64,000 nt of DNA from an uncultured Pseudomonadales bacterium. GTDB taxonomy: Bacteria > Patescibacteriota > Microgenomatia > UBA1400 > PJMF01. Positions 40,156 to 49,748 of the stretch are shown here, piece by piece. How positions within the stretch are numbered: the first letter of the stretch is position 1; each line of letters opens with the position of its first letter. Under the pieces are notes generated by a model. It was not told the origin of the DNA and searched no databases. It saw only the letters and a list, made by a program, of their open reading frames with translations. The position numbers and the translations under genes were made by a program. The stretch spans positions 3,136 through 67,135 of the forward strand of contig CAYVXV010000002.1 in assembly GCA_964455555.1 (NCBI GenBank). Direction: 5' to 3'.

Positions 40156-41367
40156 TTAAACTGTAAATCGGCCGTCTTTATAGATGACCACTTTTCCGCC
40201 GTCTCCTGCTGTGGCTGTAACCACTCTGTCAGTGGTGCTGACTATATCTGTGTGAACAGGCGAGTTGTTGTATCCCATCTCTTCCCACTCCTGGCTGGTT
40301 ACTTTAGATATATCACCTTTGTAGCAATCTTTATATGCCATTCCCAAGGCTATGTGAGTGTTTCCGTAAGGTCCGCCGATGTTTTCATCAAAGAGTGTTT
40401 CAGCCATTACATGGGTGATGCGAGAGAAACGCTTGTCAGTCAAAGAAAATTCACCAATTTTGTTGGCATTTTCTGATTGAATCATCGTTTTGAGCACATC
40501 TTCGCCTGAAGAGGCCCTGGATTCAGTAATCAAGCCATTTTCAAATTTTAGTTCAATATTTTTGATGATGTTTCCAAATCGGTAGAGCGGTTGATTAAAA
40601 CGGATCCAACCTTTGGTTCCGCGCCAGTTTGGTGAAGTAAAATGCTCAAAACTTGGAATGTTGCTGCCGCTACCTGTTTTCCATGAGCGGTCTTTGCCTA
40701 TAGTAATGTGAAGGTCAGCATCATTTCCCTCGATATGTACATCCTGTATTTCAAGTCCATTAAGTCTTTCTTGGATTTCACGCTGCTTCTTTGCCAGTGA
40801 GCGCCACTCTGCAATCGGATCGTCTTTGTCCAGGAAGCAAGCCTTAATTATCTGTTCCCAGTATTCTTGGATGGGCAAACCGACAACTGCAGCTTTGGCA
40901 GCAGTGCCCCAAAGGGCTGCGGTCCAGCTAAACTTACCCTGAGCCTCCTTCTCAAAAAGCCACTCCCTGAAAGGGTATTGTGAATTTCTGGAAAGCATTA
41001 TTTTTTTTGAATCGATTCCCCTGAGTTCCTCCGGATCGACCTCAGCGATAATACCAATAGTATGGTCAAGAAGGTCAGCTCTTCCTCTAAGGTACTTTTC
41101 CGGGAAAAAGGTGAGCTGGTCTTCTGAAGCTAATTCATAATAATCGCGGCTAAACATGGTAGGGGAGAGCCGTATCATTGGATGGCCGCCGGCCTTTAGA
41201 ATGGCATTTTGAAGCTCAAGCGCAAGAGGTTTGGCAACGTCAGGGACCATACACTGCACTACCTCTCCCTTTTTTAAGCCTTTGCCGGAATTGAGGGCAT
41301 AGTTGACCAAAACGTCGGCGTATTTCACTAAAATGTCTTTAGATGGCAAATATGAATCAGTTATCAT
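40156..41367 (-). CDS. M29 aminopeptidase (AmpS/aminopeptidase T type)
   Basis: NIPSFEHFTSP, IGEFSL, LFDENIG, HIALG, SPVHTD. Confidence 0.92.
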   Translation of the reverse strand: MITDSYLPSKDILVKYADVLVNYALNSGKGLKKGEVVQCMVPDVAKPLALELQNAILKAGGHPMIRLSPTMFSRDYYELASEDQLTFFPEKYLRGRADLLDHTIGIIAEVDPEELRGIDSKKIMLSRNSQYPFREWLFEKEAQGKFSWTAALWGTAAKAAVVGLPIQEYWEQIIKACFLDKDDPIAEWRSLAKKQREIQERLNGLEIQDVHIEGNDADLHITIGKDRSWKTGSGSNIPSFEHFTSPNWRGTKGWIRFNQPLYRFGNIIKNIELKFENGLITESRASSGEDVLKTMIQSENANKIGEFSLTDKRFSRITHVMAETLFDENIGGPYGNTHIALGMAYKDCYKGDISKVTSQEWEEMGYNNSPVHTDIVSTTDRVVTATAGDGGKVVIYKDGRFTV

Positions 41368-41372
41368 GTAAA

Positions 41373-41963
41373 TTAGATTCTATTAGAATTAAGTAAGTAC
41401 TGTTTGAACTTTGTAAAGGCTTTGTATCGGTGAGACAGCTGGTTTTTGGTGTCAACTCCTAGCTCGGCAAATGTTTTTGAATAACCGTCAGGAATAAAAA
41501 TCGGATCATAGCCAAAGCCTTCATCCCCCATTGGCTCTAGCGCTATTGTGCCGGAAACAACGCCTTCAAAGAACTCGGTCGTGTTAGTTTCAGGATCAAA
41601 AAAGCACACAACTGTAATAAATTCAGCACTGCGATCAGTGACACCCTCCATCCTTTTTAATAATGCTTCGTTTCTATCGTGATCCGTCCCATCGTGCCAC
41701 CTAGCACTTGCCACTCCAGGCTCTCCGTTGAGGGCAGCAACACTTAAGCCTGAATCATCTGCCAGGCTTGGCAACAAGGTAGTTTCAGAAAAAGCCAAAG
41801 CTTTTAGATGAGCATTTTCATGGAATGTATCACCGGTTTCAGGAACATCAAGATTGGGTACTTCATCATCATTGCTCGTCAGCAATTCAAGATTGCTTGA
41901 TTCGAACAATTTTTGTAGCTCATTGATTTTTCCCTGATTTGTACTTGCAAACACCAGCCTCAT
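41373..41963 (-). CDS. rdgB: dITP/XTP pyrophosphatase (HAM1)
   Basis: STNQGK, ADDSGL, PGVASAR, GFGYDPIF, KNQLSHR. Confidence 0.96.
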   Translation of the reverse strand: MRLVFASTNQGKINELQKLFESSNLELLTSNDDEVPNLDVPETGDTFHENAHLKALAFSETTLLPSLADDSGLSVAALNGEPGVASARWHDGTDHDRNEALLKRMEGVTDRSAEFITVVCFFDPETNTTEFFEGVVSGTIALEPMGDEGFGYDPIFIPDGYSKTFAELGVDTKNQLSHRYKAFTKFKQYLLNSNRI

Positions 41964-41969
41964 CAGCGT

Positions 41970-42251
41970 TTAGCTCCCTTGAAGCAGCCCTCCAAGTCCT
42001 CCAGTCATGTTCTGCAGTTTTTTAGCTGCCAATTCTTGGGATTTTTTAATGGCCTCATTAAGAACATCAACAGCTTCGTCGCTTGTTACGCCCTGAACAG
42101 AAAAGTGTTTTATTTTTTGGTCACCTGAGATTATCACAACAACATCATCTCGCTCAATTCTGATTTCTTCAGCAGAAAGTTCATCCTGCATTTGTTTTGC
42201 CTGTTTTCTAAGCTGGTTTAGATCACCTAGTGACTTAAATGGATTTGCCAT
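41970..42251 (-). CDS. ybaB: YbaB/EbfC nucleoid-associated protein
   Basis: KQAKQMQDEL, VIISGDQ, LNEAIKK; directly downstream of dnaX; probable ATG at 42251. Confidence 0.88.
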   Translation of the reverse strand: MANPFKSLGDLNQLRKQAKQMQDELSAEEIRIERDDVVVIISGDQKIKHFSVQGVTSDEAVDVLNEAIKKSQELAAKKLQNMTGGLGGLLQGS

Positions 42252-42305
42252 GCTTACCTTTCTTAAAATTATCAAAGACTGATTTCTTAATACTTTACAA
42301 TTGTA

Positions 42306-43892
42306 CTACATGAGAGCTTCGGTTGCTACTTGGGCTAACTCAGGTATTTCCTGGTTATTATCTCCGGGTTCAGAAAGATCGGCTGTGAGAGGCGGTTCAG
42401 TCAGAGTAACAGTGAAATCCACATATCCTCCACAAATTTCTTCAATCGGACCTCTTGCCATTTGAAGAAATTTGCCATGAGCCAGCTGTTCTTGATGAAA
42501 CTTGTAATAGACACTGACCTCTACCTCTCCGGAGCTGCCTGAAAGCGGCTTGGCGGAGCGCAGCAGGGCTGCGAAGGTAGTGTTTTTTTCATTTACCTTA
42601 TCAATAAAAAGCTCCCATTGCCTGCACAAGAGTTCGCCGTTGCCGGTTTTGGAGGCCGTCTCTTTTCTATCCGACTTGGGCATCGCTTCCCGGACAGTGT
42701 CTTGCTTCTTGGATAGAGGCGGAGTAATCAATTCAGCCAATACTTTTATTTTTGAGTCATTTTTTGCTTTTTTTTTACTGGTTGGTGCTGATGTTTTTTT
42801 CTGATTATTGCCATTGTTTTTTTTAGCCCTGCCAATAATGTCCAAGAACTTAAGTTCTAGAGGAAGGTGGGGGATTGGAGTGGGCAAACCCAGATCAACC
42901 TGATAAACCTCGGTAAGAAGAAATCGGATAACCGGCTCAGCAGCAAAGGCTTTGCCCTCGATAATGCCATAACTTATCAGCAGGTGCTCATGTAAAACCT
43001 CAGCCACTCTTTTATGCAAATATTTTGAATCAACAGCCTGCTCCCGAAAACTGTTAAATATTGCAGAAACCTCTGCAGGCTCCTTTCTGATTACGGCATC
43101 AAGTACAGCTAAAACATCGTCAGTCAGCAGAGAGCGGGCAAATTTGTTTACTTCTTCTACGGTGACGGTACCATTTTGTGCAGCTAGCTCCAATAATTTA
43201 ATCGCATCCCGAAAACTGCCGTCGGCTTTTGAAGCGATCAGTTGAAGAGCTTCATCCTCAAACTTTATTTTCTCTTTTTTCAGCACTTCTTCCAAAGCAG
43301 AGACAATTTCTGCATCTGATGCCTGCTGAAAATGAATTACCTGGCAGCGGGATAAAATCGTTGCAGGTATTTTATGAAGTTCAGTAGTAGCCAAAATAAA
43401 GACTGCGTGAGCTGGCGGCTCTTCCAGAAGCTTAAGCAACGCATTAAATGCCTCGGTGGTAAGCATATGTGCTTCGTCAAGGATGTAGACGGTCATCTTG
43501 CCTTCTTGAGGAGGAAGCATCACCCTTTCTTTAAGGGCTCTGACATCATCGATGCCTCTGTTGCTAGCAGCATCCATTTCTTGCACAACGAATGAGTTTC
43601 CAGAGAGGATTTTTTCCGCCAGAGGAGAAACTTTATCTAAGTCCTTTAATTCTCGCGGCTTGGATTTAGCCTGATTAAAAAACAGATTGTCCACGGCAGC
43701 TTCATTGTCAGGATCATTTAAGACAGCGCCAAGGATTCTGGAGGTTGAGGTCTTTCCTGTGCCTTTTGGGCCGGCAAACAGAAGTGCCTGAGAAATGCTA
43801 CCTTTCTGCATGAGATTCTCAAGCTGCTCGCGGACACGAACCAGGTGTAGTCCTGAGATTTGGTAGGGCCTGTGTTTTCTGTTCCAAGACAT
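42306..43892 (-). CDS. dnaX: DNA polymerase III subunit gamma/tau
   Basis: GPKGTGKTS, EMDAASNRG, DEAHML, LKLLEEPP, SRC, GSFRDA. Confidence 0.97.
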   Translation of the reverse strand: MSWNRKHRPYQISGLHLVRVREQLENLMQKGSISQALLFAGPKGTGKTSTSRILGAVLNDPDNEAAVDNLFFNQAKSKPRELKDLDKVSPLAEKILSGNSFVVQEMDAASNRGIDDVRALKERVMLPPQEGKMTVYILDEAHMLTTEAFNALLKLLEEPPAHAVFILATTELHKIPATILSRCQVIHFQQASDAEIVSALEEVLKKEKIKFEDEALQLIASKADGSFRDAIKLLELAAQNGTVTVEEVNKFARSLLTDDVLAVLDAVIRKEPAEVSAIFNSFREQAVDSKYLHKRVAEVLHEHLLISYGIIEGKAFAAEPVIRFLLTEVYQVDLGLPTPIPHLPLELKFLDIIGRAKKNNGNNQKKTSAPTSKKKAKNDSKIKVLAELITPPLSKKQDTVREAMPKSDRKETASKTGNGELLCRQWELFIDKVNEKNTTFAALLRSAKPLSGSSGEVEVSVYYKFHQEQLAHGKFLQMARGPIEEICGGYVDFTVTLTEPPLTADLSEPGDNNQEIPELAQVATEALM

Positions 43893-43894
43893 AA

Positions 43895-44284
43895 TTAGTC
43901 GTGATGATAGCCTAGCAGATGCAATAGGCCATGTTCAAGGTAAAAGCAAATCTGGTCGTCAACCATTTTGCCGTATCTTTTGGCGGTGGAAACAGCAGCG
44001 GGAAAGCTGATGACTACGTCACCCAAATGAGGTGGAATGCCCTCGGGAAGAGGGAAGTCATTGAGTTCATGTTTTTGGTGCTGAGGAAAGGATAAAACAT
44101 CAGTTTCACCCTTGTGTTGTAATTTGCCTTCATTCAGCTCTTTAATTTTTCTTGAACCAACTACAGATACATCCACTTGTGCATGAGAAATATTGTGCGA
44201 CACAAGAAATTCTTTAACGGCATTGCGAAGTTTTTTTCTGTCGACTGGATATCTTGATCCCACAGATAGATTGATTGTAATCAT
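43895..44284 (-). CDS. ybeY: rRNA maturation endonuclease YbeY
   Basis: TDVLSFP, LGDVVIS, HGLLHLLGYHH. Confidence 0.95.
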   Translation of the reverse strand: MITINLSVGSRYPVDRKKLRNAVKEFLVSHNISHAQVDVSVVGSRKIKELNEGKLQHKGETDVLSFPQHQKHELNDFPLPEGIPPHLGDVVISFPAAVSTAKRYGKMVDDQICFYLEHGLLHLLGYHHD

Positions 44285-44334
44285 TGTATGTGTACTCTAC
44301 AAAGACTTTAGGTGCCTGTAAAGACCTCGCTCAA

Positions 44335-44712
44335 CTAATCAATATTGATGTTTTTATTAGGCCGGCTTTTTAAAGCTGACCTAATAGACAATAATGTTCG
44401 CTCTATGGTCTCAGCAATTAATTGAGGTCCGGTTTCTGCTTTTAATGTCAACCATTCGAGCGGGTGTTCCGTCAGATACTGGTCTCGTAAAATTTCAAGA
44501 AATTCTATTGAATCAGTCTCGTTTTTCAGCTGCGCCAGTGATGCTTGCAGTGCTTGATAATCAAGAATTTCTACTAAGATGTTCATTGCAGTTTCCCATT
44601 CTTCGTTAGGGATTAGCTCAAAAATTTCATCCAGCAAGTTCTGTGGAACAAAGTTCCCATAATAGGTCTTCAACATAGATTGGTGGGCGGGATAATTATG
44701 GTAAGCGGTCAT
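44335..44712 (-). CDS. Hypothetical helical protein
   Basis: 125 aa ORF within the gltX-ybeY run. Confidence 0.6.
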   Translation of the reverse strand: MTAYHNYPAHQSMLKTYYGNFVPQNLLDEIFELIPNEEWETAMNILVEILDYQALQASLAQLKNETDSIEFLEILRDQYLTEHPLEWLTLKAETGPQLIAETIERTLLSIRSALKSRPNKNINID

Positions 44713-44715
44713 ATT

Positions 44716-45570
44716 TTAGGTAAAAAGGCTGATTGGACCTAGAGCTACTTTATTATCAGGATCATCTACAAACAACAACAACACTCTTCCTTGGCAATTT
44801 TGACTCCATGCCATGGTGTTGCGGATTATCTCAGGCGATCCGACGCTCTGATATTGCATGATGGTTTTAGGCCCAATATTTGCCACCGATCCTACTGCAG
44901 CGCGCATGTCATAAGGGTTGACAACTATTACCTTCCGCCTAAAATACCAGCCCTCAAGGGCTTTATAATTATTGTTCCAGTCATCTAGATAATGCAGGGG
45001 TAGAGCCAGATAAAATTGCTCCAAAGCTTGAGCCTCGTCGGTTAGGTTTCCGTTTTCTGTTAACCAGCCAAAGGCTCCCCTGCGGTTGAGCATGCCAGCC
45101 TCAGGGTTATTCTGATGGAGGCTGAGCTCATCGCTTGGGAATCTTTTTAAATGGCTTCCGGACATTATCCTGGAGGAGACGAACGGCATCTTAAAGCCAT
45201 CTAGCTCTGCTGCAACGCTGAGGCCAAGGAGGTCTCCTAATTGTTGTTCAAGGTATAGCAATTGGTTTCTGTCAGTGTTTTCATGGGGAGATTCGGAAAA
45301 TTGCCTTAGTTTGCCGACGATTTCTCTTTTTTCTTCCAATGTAATCGAGTCAACTAGCGGATTACTTTGCTCAGAAGCCAGTTTTGATTGAACAGCGGAA
45401 GCCACACTTTCACTCTCAGATATTTCTCCTGATTGCCTAAGTTTTTGAGGAGTTAATTTTAAATTATTAAGCCAATCAGCAGCTTTAGGATGGTTTTTAA
45501 AAATACTCTCCTGCGACTCCATCAAAAAGTTTTGCAGTATATCTAGTTGCTGTGATTTGTCGGCAGGCAT
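44716..45570 (-). CDS. Hypothetical protein with possible C-terminal RlpA-like double-psi beta-barrel
   Basis: KVIVVNPYDMRAAVGSVANIGP resembles the RlpA V.V.N..NG.SV.V...D.GP pattern. Confidence 0.6.
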   Translation of the reverse strand: MPADKSQQLDILQNFLMESQESIFKNHPKAADWLNNLKLTPQKLRQSGEISESESVASAVQSKLASEQSNPLVDSITLEEKREIVGKLRQFSESPHENTDRNQLLYLEQQLGDLLGLSVAAELDGFKMPFVSSRIMSGSHLKRFPSDELSLHQNNPEAGMLNRRGAFGWLTENGNLTDEAQALEQFYLALPLHYLDDWNNNYKALEGWYFRRKVIVVNPYDMRAAVGSVANIGPKTIMQYQSVGSPEIIRNTMAWSQNCQGRVLLLFVDDPDNKVALGPISLFT

Positions 45571-45576
45571 AATTAT

Positions 45577-47013
45577 TTAAAGATTGCCAATTGGTGTTGC
45601 TAAGCGCGCTAAAACAATATTTTTTCCCATAACCTCAAGTGTGTCAAAAAGAGGCGGTGTTGCCTTCTTTCCGGTGGCTGCGATTCTAAGCATCATAAAA
45701 TACTGGCCTCGGTGCCATTCCTTGCTCTCCTGAAGCTCTCGTATGGCGCGCTCTATATTTTCAGTAGTCCACTCAGTCAGGTTGCTGAGTGAATCGATTG
45801 TGGATTTAAGCTGCATTTCTACCAGCGTTTTATCTGCTTTTTTTAGGAGAAGAGAATAATCAAACTCAATTTCTCTGTAGAAGAAATCAGTCAGTTGTTC
45901 AATATCAGCCAAAGTAACTAGCCGCTCCGAGATTAGCGGCAAAATCTTGTCTAAAAGGTTATGAGGAAAGTCGCTGGGAAGAAATGGGCTGATCCGTTCC
46001 CTTAGCTCTTCGTGAGAAAGCTTTCTGATATAAATACCATTAATCCAATCCAATTTTTTCAGATCAAAAACAACAGATTTAGTGCTGACATCACTAGGGT
46101 CAAACTCTTGTATATATCTTGACAGAGTCATAACCTCTTCCTCATCTTCAGGAGCCCAGCCCAGAATCATTAGGAAATTAAGCAGGGCGTCCGGAAGGTA
46201 TCCTCTGTCTAGGAATGATTGCACCGAGACTGCCCCCTTTCGTTTGCTCATTTTTCCTTTGCCATCCGGATTTAAATAAACCGGGAAGTGAGCAAAGACA
46301 GGATGCTTCCAGCCGAATGCTTCGTATAAGAGTATATGCTTAGGAACTGAGCTAATCCACTCTTCACCCCTAAAAACATGTGTAATCTCCATGGCTTCAT
46401 CATCAACCACTACTGCTAGATGATAGGTGGGAAAGCCATCGGACTTTAAAAGCACTTGGTCATCAACTGTATCTGAGTTGAAAGTAATTTCCCCACGGAG
46501 CAGGTCATTAAAAGCTAATTCCTGATTTTCCGGAACAAGCAGTCTAATAACATGCGATTCACCGTCAGCAGCTCTCTTGGCAGCTTCTTTTGGTGAAATA
46601 GACCGGCATTTTCTGTCATATTTTGGCGGTTTTTTGTCAGCAATCATCTGCTCGCGAACTTGCTCGAGGCGCTCTTTGGAGCAGAAACAGTAATATGCCT
46701 TGCCTGCTTTGACCAGTTCATCTGCTTTTTCTTGGTACAGAGGTAGTCTCTCCGACTGAATGTAAGGACCGTTTGGCCCGCTAATATCAGGCCCTTCATC
46801 CCAAATGAGTCCAAAGAGCTGAAAAATTTCTTTAATTCTATCCAGCGCGCCCTCAACTTCCCTTTCCTGATCTGTATCTTCAATTCTAAGAACAAAGTGG
46901 CCGTTGTTTTTCTTTGCCCAAGCAAAATCTTTTAGGGCTATAGCTAGCGATCCAACATGGAGTTCTCCCGTTGGGCTTGGTGCCATTCGAGTTTTTATAA
47001 GCTTATGTTTCAT
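45577..47013 (-). CDS. gltX: Glutamate-tRNA ligase
   Basis: RMAPSPTGELHVG, RIEDTD, AYYCFCS, PTYHLA, KMSKR. Confidence 0.97.
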   Translation of the reverse strand: MKHKLIKTRMAPSPTGELHVGSLAIALKDFAWAKKNNGHFVLRIEDTDQEREVEGALDRIKEIFQLFGLIWDEGPDISGPNGPYIQSERLPLYQEKADELVKAGKAYYCFCSKERLEQVREQMIADKKPPKYDRKCRSISPKEAAKRAADGESHVIRLLVPENQELAFNDLLRGEITFNSDTVDDQVLLKSDGFPTYHLAVVVDDEAMEITHVFRGEEWISSVPKHILLYEAFGWKHPVFAHFPVYLNPDGKGKMSKRKGAVSVQSFLDRGYLPDALLNFLMILGWAPEDEEEVMTLSRYIQEFDPSDVSTKSVVFDLKKLDWINGIYIRKLSHEELRERISPFLPSDFPHNLLDKILPLISERLVTLADIEQLTDFFYREIEFDYSLLLKKADKTLVEMQLKSTIDSLSNLTEWTTENIERAIRELQESKEWHRGQYFMMLRIAATGKKATPPLFDTLEVMGKNIVLARLATPIGNL

Positions 47014-47048
47014 GATCTGGAGAAATTATAACACTTGTTGAAGGGCAA

Positions 47049-48116
47049 TTACTGTAAAAATTTGGAATCAACCGCCGGTACATATCCCATAAAACCATCA
47101 TCACCTTCGAAGACAAAAATAGGCTGCAGGTACTGTTGCTCCTCAAAGGAATCATAGTAGCCAAGTTCAATTGTCCGAATTACAGCTTCAGTGCCACTGC
47201 CCGGATTGACTATAAACCCTTCTCCAGCTTGCAAAACCTTCCAGGCCTCATTGGCGGTTTTGATTGGATAAGTATGAACTTGGTCGTAATCTACTTTGTA
47301 GTGGAAGAAGTCCAGGGAAACAATGGAGTTATTGCCGCTGAGAGCACCTGAAATGATAGCACTGATCGTTCCCTTGTAACCTTCAGGTGTAAAAATATTA
47401 AATCTGGAGTCGATGGCTGTTCTGGTTATATCGACCTGGAGAAACTCAGCATCTGATACAGAAACTGCTTCTGTTAATTCACCTCCAAGCGATTTTAAGG
47501 GAGTTATTTGCCCGGATGCAGTAGCAGTATCACTTGGCAGCAGGTTTGATCTGTTCAAAAATGATTTAACTCGTTCAACAGCTTCAAAGCTGCTGGGCAA
47601 AGTTACATTCAAGAGAAGTTCGGGGCGGCTTTGATAATTAGTGCTGTATGAAAATGCATGATTTCTAATATCAAGTTCAAAAGTTGTCAGGAGGGGTTCG
47701 CTTCGGGACCAGCGGTATGTTCTGGCATCAAGTACCTCTGGACTGGATGAAAAACCATAGTTAGATGCAATCTTTTTAGCCTCATCATCTGCCAATAGGC
47801 TGGCTGCTTGCGCAGGCATGAAAAACACTTTGGCCCTGTCACCAAAATCCGGCGTCCTACCGCTGGCAGTTTCCAGTTTGTATGAAGCAGGTTTGTCCGA
47901 GCTTATAGGGAAAACAATTGATGGTAGCACCCCGAAACCGACAGTCGGAGGTGGTGGCGGAGGCGGATGGGTGGCGCGCCAGTAGGCAGTGAAGGCTCCT
48001 AGGGCAACACGGCCAACTATCATGGTGGCAAGCGCAATCGCCCCAAATTTCAGCGCTTGTCTACTAATGTAGTTTACGCTGGTTAAGGTGGGTCCAGAGG
48101 ATTCAGATGTAGCCAT
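47049..48116 (-). CDS. Membrane-anchored extracellular hypothetical protein with poly-Pro linker
   Basis: N-terminal TM followed by seven prolines; C-terminal YLQPIFVF..YVPAV. Confidence 0.75.
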   Translation of the reverse strand: MATSESSGPTLTSVNYISRQALKFGAIALATMIVGRVALGAFTAYWRATHPPPPPPPTVGFGVLPSIVFPISSDKPASYKLETASGRTPDFGDRAKVFFMPAQAASLLADDEAKKIASNYGFSSSPEVLDARTYRWSRSEPLLTTFELDIRNHAFSYSTNYQSRPELLLNVTLPSSFEAVERVKSFLNRSNLLPSDTATASGQITPLKSLGGELTEAVSVSDAEFLQVDITRTAIDSRFNIFTPEGYKGTISAIISGALSGNNSIVSLDFFHYKVDYDQVHTYPIKTANEAWKVLQAGEGFIVNPGSGTEAVIRTIELGYYDSFEEQQYLQPIFVFEGDDGFMGYVPAVDSKFLQ

Positions 48117-48198
48117 AAGGTCTTTATCTAGAACTTCTAAAACTATACTAGCAAGTTTTGCCTCAACTTAGAATAGCCTCCGCTAGTATAATTACGGT

Positions 48199-48858
48199 AT
48201 GCAGATCACAATTTTAACACTCTTTCCAGATTATTTTAAATCTCCCTTTGGAAGTTCAATGCTGAAAAGAGCTGTGGAAGACGGCCGTGTAAAATATGAA
48301 ATTGTAGATATTAGAGATTTCAGCACCGATAAACACAAAACCACAGATGACCGGCCTTTTGGCGGCGGTTCCGGCATGGTATTGATGGTGGAGCCGATTG
48401 ACCGTGCTTTAGAGCATTTGCGCAAGCAGACAGGTAAGAAAAAAATCATTCTGACCTCTGCCAAAGGAAAACTGTTCAATCAGCAGGCGGCCCAGGAATA
48501 TAGTGAATTAGACCATCTGGTTATAGTTTGCGGCCATTATGAAGGAGTGGATGAGCGAGTTGCTGAGCATCTGGTTGATGAAGAAGTTAGAATCGGCAAT
48601 TATGTTTTAACCGGAGGAGAGCCTGCAGCTGCAGTAATTTCAGATGCGGTCACAAGGCTTTTGCCGGGTGTTTTAGGAAACGATAAGAGCATTGTGGGTG
48701 AGTCGCATGCAGAGCCCGGAGTATTTGGGTATCCGCAATTTACCAGGCCCCAAAACTACAAGGGTTGGGAGGTGCCTGAAATATTGCTCAGCGGAAATCA
48801 TAAGCAAATTAAGGAATGGCGGTCTGAAAAACGGCCAAAAACTGAGCCGGAATCATAG
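48199..48858 (+). CDS. trmD: tRNA (guanine-N1)-methyltransferase
   Basis: LTLFP, DDRPFGGGSGM, CGHYEGVDER, YVLTGGE, VPEILLSGNH. Confidence 0.97.
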   Translation: MQITILTLFPDYFKSPFGSSMLKRAVEDGRVKYEIVDIRDFSTDKHKTTDDRPFGGGSGMVLMVEPIDRALEHLRKQTGKKKIILTSAKGKLFNQQAAQEYSELDHLVIVCGHYEGVDERVAEHLVDEEVRIGNYVLTGGEPAAAVISDAVTRLLPGVLGNDKSIVGESHAEPGVFGYPQFTRPQNYKGWEVPEILLSGNHKQIKEWRSEKRPKTEPES

Positions 48859-48860
48859 TG

Positions 48861-49733
48861 CTACCAGGTTAACTGAGCCACCGCCTCTTTTATTGGGGTA
48901 AATTCAAAGTCAACCTTTTCTTGAAGTTTGGCGCAGTTAAGTGCCGTATTTTTTTGATAGGGCCTATTTAGTGTTTTAAGATAGTCTTCAAGTTTTCCCT
49001 CTTTAACTTCCCCGTCTAAATTCAACGATTCTTTAATCGCTGTGGCAAATTCAAAATCGCTCCACATCTCGCCGCTTGAAGCATGATAGACGCCCGTTGC
49101 TTGCGTTCGAATCACCCAATCAAGCACCTTGGAAAAGTCAGGTAGGAAGGTTGGGCCGAAAAAGTGATCAACAAACTGAGGATAGAGCTGGTTGTTTAAG
49201 AAACCCTGGACAATTCTATGAGCCGTATCAGTTTTTGCAAATGGGTCCGGCCGGAAAGGTTGGTCAATTCTAAGAATGGTCCAGTCAATCTCAGATTTCT
49301 CTACAACTTCTTCTGCTTTTGCTTTTGTATAGCCATACCATTCAATCGGATTCCTCTCATCCGACTCTTGATACATATCGGGATTTTCGCCATCGAAGAC
49401 GTATGCAGTGGAAATATGAATTAAATGTTTGCCCGTAGCTGAGGCAGCCTTGACTACATTTTCTGTGCCATCAACGTTAATTTTATAAGCTAAGCCATCT
49501 TTGTTATCACGCTCCTCCCAAGCCCTAGTTACATCCGTGAAGGCGGCAAGGTGAACAATACTTTTTGCTTCCGATCGCTCAAAAGCCCGGATCACACTCT
49601 CATAGTTAGTGATATCAACCGGATTATCCGGGTTGGAGATATCGCATTGGTCAAAGGAGTAGGTGGAGCCGAAGTCCATCATAAACCTTGTCCCAACTAA
49701 CCCATTCGAACCGGTAATTAAAAGCTTGTTCAT
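48861..49733 (-). CDS. rmlD: dTDP-4-dehydrorhamnose reductase
   Basis: ITGSNGLVG, HLAAFTDV, ISTAYVFDG, YGYTK; downstream of rmlC. Confidence 0.88.
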   Translation of the reverse strand: MNKLLITGSNGLVGTRFMMDFGSTYSFDQCDISNPDNPVDITNYESVIRAFERSEAKSIVHLAAFTDVTRAWEERDNKDGLAYKINVDGTENVVKAASATGKHLIHISTAYVFDGENPDMYQESDERNPIEWYGYTKAKAEEVVEKSEIDWTILRIDQPFRPDPFAKTDTAHRIVQGFLNNQLYPQFVDHFFGPTFLPDFSKVLDWVIRTQATGVYHASSGEMWSDFEFATAIKESLNLDGEVKEGKLEDYLKTLNRPYQKNTALNCAKLQEKVDFEFTPIKEAVAQLTW

Positions 49734-49748
49734 ATTATTCCTTGCCTT

